A stretch of DNA of 64,000 bases from Azolla caroliniana (taxonomy: Eukaryota > Plantae > Polypodiophyta), in contig JBHGNT010000017.1 of the NCBI GenBank assembly GCA_043228905.1, forward strand, positions 9,920,001-9,984,000. Direction: 5' to 3'. Position numbers and translations under genes: made by a program. Within the stretch, counting starts at the first letter, position 1, and every line of letters starts with the position of its first letter. This document shows, one piece after another, positions 60,422 to 64,000 of the stretch. The notes below the pieces were generated by a model that worked only from the letters and a program-made list of their open reading frames with translations, searched no databases and was not told the DNA's origin.

Positions 60422-62400
60422 AGCACGACAGAGGTTGACAATTTCTTAATTGCAGTTGCCAGTGATAAACAAACAGTAAAACTATTTTTGTGAATAGAAT
60501 CTTTATATCAAGTATGGTGTGAACCATATTGTTAAGCAGACAATCATCCGAAAAATTGTAATTTGACCATATCTGAGTGATTGACATCCGATGACTATCA
60601 TCAGAGAACAATGCATGAGGGATACGCAATTGCCTAGAATATATCCTCTTAGTAAATGTAACATGTAACTTCAGAGGGTCATGATCAGAGATAGTTGATC
60701 CCGGAATAATTCCTATGGATCCACCCGCCTCCCAAAGAACACTACTAGCATAAAATATATCTAGTCGAGACAAATTTGTAGCAACCAAACTCCCATCTGA
60801 TCTAGAAAACTGAAGGGATCCTTGTATACGTGAAAATGAATGCACCTTCCATAAATCAAGAAAACCATAAGCAAAACAAAAATAATCCCAACACTTAGCT
60901 TCCTATCTTGAAATTGTATTAGTTATACCTCCCATTCTATCAGTTGCATACTCAATCATATTAAAGTCGCCTCCCACCAACCAACAATCCACTAAACTCG
61001 CATAATCACACAAAGATAGCCATAACCCTGCCCTTTCTAACGCAGACTTAGGGGCATAGAGATTCATCAAACCAACCTTCTAGGATCCTCTTTTTACAAT
61101 AAGGAATTGTGTTCTTTTATTCATAATAGTCGTTGCTGACACAAGGATAGATTGCAAATGTTGTTTAATAGCAATGCATAATCCAGCCTGGCGGCCAGTG
61201 GGGCCAAAGGCAGGAATTCAGAAATGAATCCAACATCCTGGTAAAATAGATCTGTACTTCCAAATCCTATCCATGCATATGTGATGTTCTTGTAAAAAAA
61301 GAATACCAATAGTACCTATATTAGCAGTACCTAAATCCAAGCGTAAGAGTTCTTTAAATCTGCGAAAAGCCTAATCACCCAGGCCTTGCACATTCCAGGA
61401 AAGAAGATGTAAGGTGTCCATCTTACACAGATTTTATTGGTGTCCTTTTCTCAAGAAGAGCATCCTAGTGGCCTTTCTAGGCACCCTCTTGTGCTCTTGC
61501 TTGTCTTTTTAAAAGCTGATAGTTCCTTGCATACTTATGCACCCTATGATCCTTAACCTGCTTTTGCGGGGTTTGAAGAGTCAAGGAATCTTGTGAAACT
61601 GTGAATTGATATTCAACACAAGGGATCGTATCTACTCCCTGAGCCATTTCAACACCCATAATATTTGATTGACCAAAAATAGGTTCTCCTATGAGCTTAT
61701 CAAAAGGAATCTAATTAATAAAAACATTGATTTGTTGGTTTGCTTCGATTCCTCTAGCACTTGGAGGCATTTCCACATCTATAGTATCTTCAGCAGAAAC
61801 AACTTTTCCTTTTAATTTTTCAGACGAAACCAAATTAACATATGTTGTCAACTATTGATTCTCAACAATTTTCAAGGGTGGCTGGCCTACTACGAACAAC
61901 GGGAAAGACTTAGGCAACTGATTGGAAAGCAATTCTGCTTTTTGTGAGGAAAAAATCGAATTAAATCTCTGTTGGGAAAGCTGGGACGATGGATGATCTG
62001 AAGTATTCACTTCGTGTGAACAATCCTCTTCTACATGGAGAGTAGAATACCTATTTTGTAAGGGGGGAAATTCCTTTAACTTATTAATTGACACAGGATG
62101 AGGCTTGTCATGAGATACATGTGAAGATGTCTTCTTATGCCCTACCTCAGTCCAACCATCAGATCTATCCTTATACAAAACTATAGTTGTATTGGGTACA
62201 TGCTCGTCCGTATCTTTATTAAATTTTGGGCAATTTTTTGCCAAATGGCCAAATCCAAAACAACGAAAACATAGATTTGGCAAAAACCCCTACACAAGAT
62301 TTTCTGAGAATAAGATTCCTGCCTTGAGGCAAGTAAATTGGGTACCAAGATATTTGAGGGAAAAACTGTAGACTTAGAAATCAAAAGTTTTGTAGATGCA
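60422..62400 (-). mobile_element. L1-type LINE fragment: ORF1 C-terminus and ORF2 AP endonuclease (pseudogene)
   Basis: ORF1 knuckle LCFRCFGFGHLAKNCP; ORF2 ATG at 61421 (MDTLHLLSWNVQGLG); NLYAP, WLVGGDFN, SRLDIFY, SDHDPL. Confidence 0.88.
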
Positions 62401-62627
62401 GCTCCTATATACCTATCTTCGATCTAACGAGGCTTATCATAAGTTTCCAAGATCGTACAATAGTGATGGCAATTACATGCACAAAAGGCACCCATTCTTT
62501 ACACAACTTGGGAAACACCACCACACATGTATGATATGAATCTAAATCATGAAGTACCTAATTTGCAGAGAAGTTGTGAATCCACTTCAATGTGGAAGAA
62601 AACCCATCTTCCCTTGACTGCCACTGC

Positions 62628-64000
62628 TATCATGATATGGCAAGACTTGAACCCATGACCTTATGTTATATAGGTCGAGCTCTTGACCATTACACTATCT
62701 ATTGTAACACAATATTATTTTTATATAAGTTTTACTATAGAAGATTAATGTATATTCCAGATTTCTCTGGAACATTCTAGAAGCTTCAGGACTACTCCTG
62801 AGAACACTATAAAAGGAGGCACAAGGCATTATTTCGAACCAAATTGGTTCAACGCCAGTCTTAAGCCTCATAGCTATTTTGTATTTACTCTTCACATAAT
62901 ATATCATCTGTTATCATCTCTCTCTCTCTCTCTCTCTCCTTCTCTCTCTTCCTCTCTCGTGAGTCTTACGCAGTCAGTCCTCTTAGTACTAATAGTACTT
63001 CCCCTCTCTAGTATTGATTCTCTCTCTGTTTAGTACTATTCCTGATAGTTTGAACCAATTTTCTCCCTCTGGTCTTCTTTTCAGTTTCCCTCATCCTCTT
63101 ACCCCTTTTTCCAATACTATGGCTACTATTAGTGCCCAAGAATATCAATCTGTTTTTGTCGAGTTTCAGGATCTAAAAGAAAATTTCGCTGCATTAGAAC
63201 AAGAAAACCAATGATTGTTAGGGGATCTTCAACAAATTGCTTAAGAAAAACGGCAAACGCAGCAACAACATGGGGAGTTAGCGTTAAGTGTGCAACAACT
63301 CGAAGCAACCATCGTAGCATTGCAACAATAGGGATCAAGTCCCCACGGACTTCATAAAGAGCCCAAGATTGGACTTCCTGTGAAATTCAATGGAACACAA
63401 TCACAATTTAGAGGATTCCTTAATTAGGTACGTTTAGTCATTCAGATGCATCCTTCCTGATACCCCACTAATGCGTCCCAAGTAGGCTTAATAGGCACGT
63501 TGCTCAGCGGCTCAGCCTTGGCATGGTTCGCTCCGCTTTAAGAAAAACGATCTCCCTTGTTTAATAACTTTGAAGACTTTATTAGCGAGTTTAAAGCCTA
63601 CTTTGGAGATACCGACAACATTAGGACGGCGATCAACAAGATCCGACAATTGCGTCAAGGCGATCGTCCAGCCTCTGCCTACGCAGCAGATTTCCATATA
63701 CTCGCCTTAGATATCCCCTAGGATGATCAAGCACTAATGGAGTAGTTTCTCTATGGCCTACGAAACAACGTCAAAGATTTACTTTTAACCTTCCCCAAAG
63801 AACCAAAATCTCTTACAGAGGCAATTAGTCGAGCAGTTAGATGCGACAACCACCTTTTTGAACGACGTTCGGAACGACAATTTCAAATACCACGGACTAG
63901 GCCAGAGCCCACATACGCCTCAGTCGCAGCTAAACCATTTGCACGAGATGTATCTCAGGCAAATACGCCGACACCGATGGAAATCGACACCATGCGTCGA
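62628..64000 (+). mobile_element. Tcn1-like gypsy element 3: 5' LTR 62628-63047, self-primer PBS 63050-63061, degenerate gag from 63119
   Basis: Homologous to 10700-12100 (minus); CTATAAAAGG at 62807; gag MATISAQEYQSVF...EPKIGLP. Confidence 0.88.

Overview
A gene-free, heavily nested retrotransposon cluster, most likely from a non-seed land plant (inferred from Tcn1-like chromoviruses, Tork-like copia and TTTAGGG filler). No host genes, true tRNA/rRNA genes or CRISPR arrays were seen. Contents: four members (G1-G4) of an Athila-like non-chromovirus Ty3/gypsy family with a long extra ORF after pol; several Ty1/copia elements, one intact and very young (21715-27022); three Tcn1-like gypsy fragments; a young Gag-only element with a tRNA-Trp PBS and its degenerate relatives; and an L1-type LINE fragment. 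Main candidate novelty: none of the four Athila-like elements has a polypurine tract next to its 3' LTR. Each instead carries, 2 nt before that LTR, a sense copy of a tRNA 3' half (T-arm to CCA). This motif is complementary to the family's own PBS and holds a hairpin whose stem sequence differs in every copy yet always base-pairs, suggesting an unusual priming mechanism. Second candidate: several unrelated LTR families carry an outward-facing tRNA-like A/B-box module in U3. All alignments were done by eye and tRNA identities are from memory, so both need checking.
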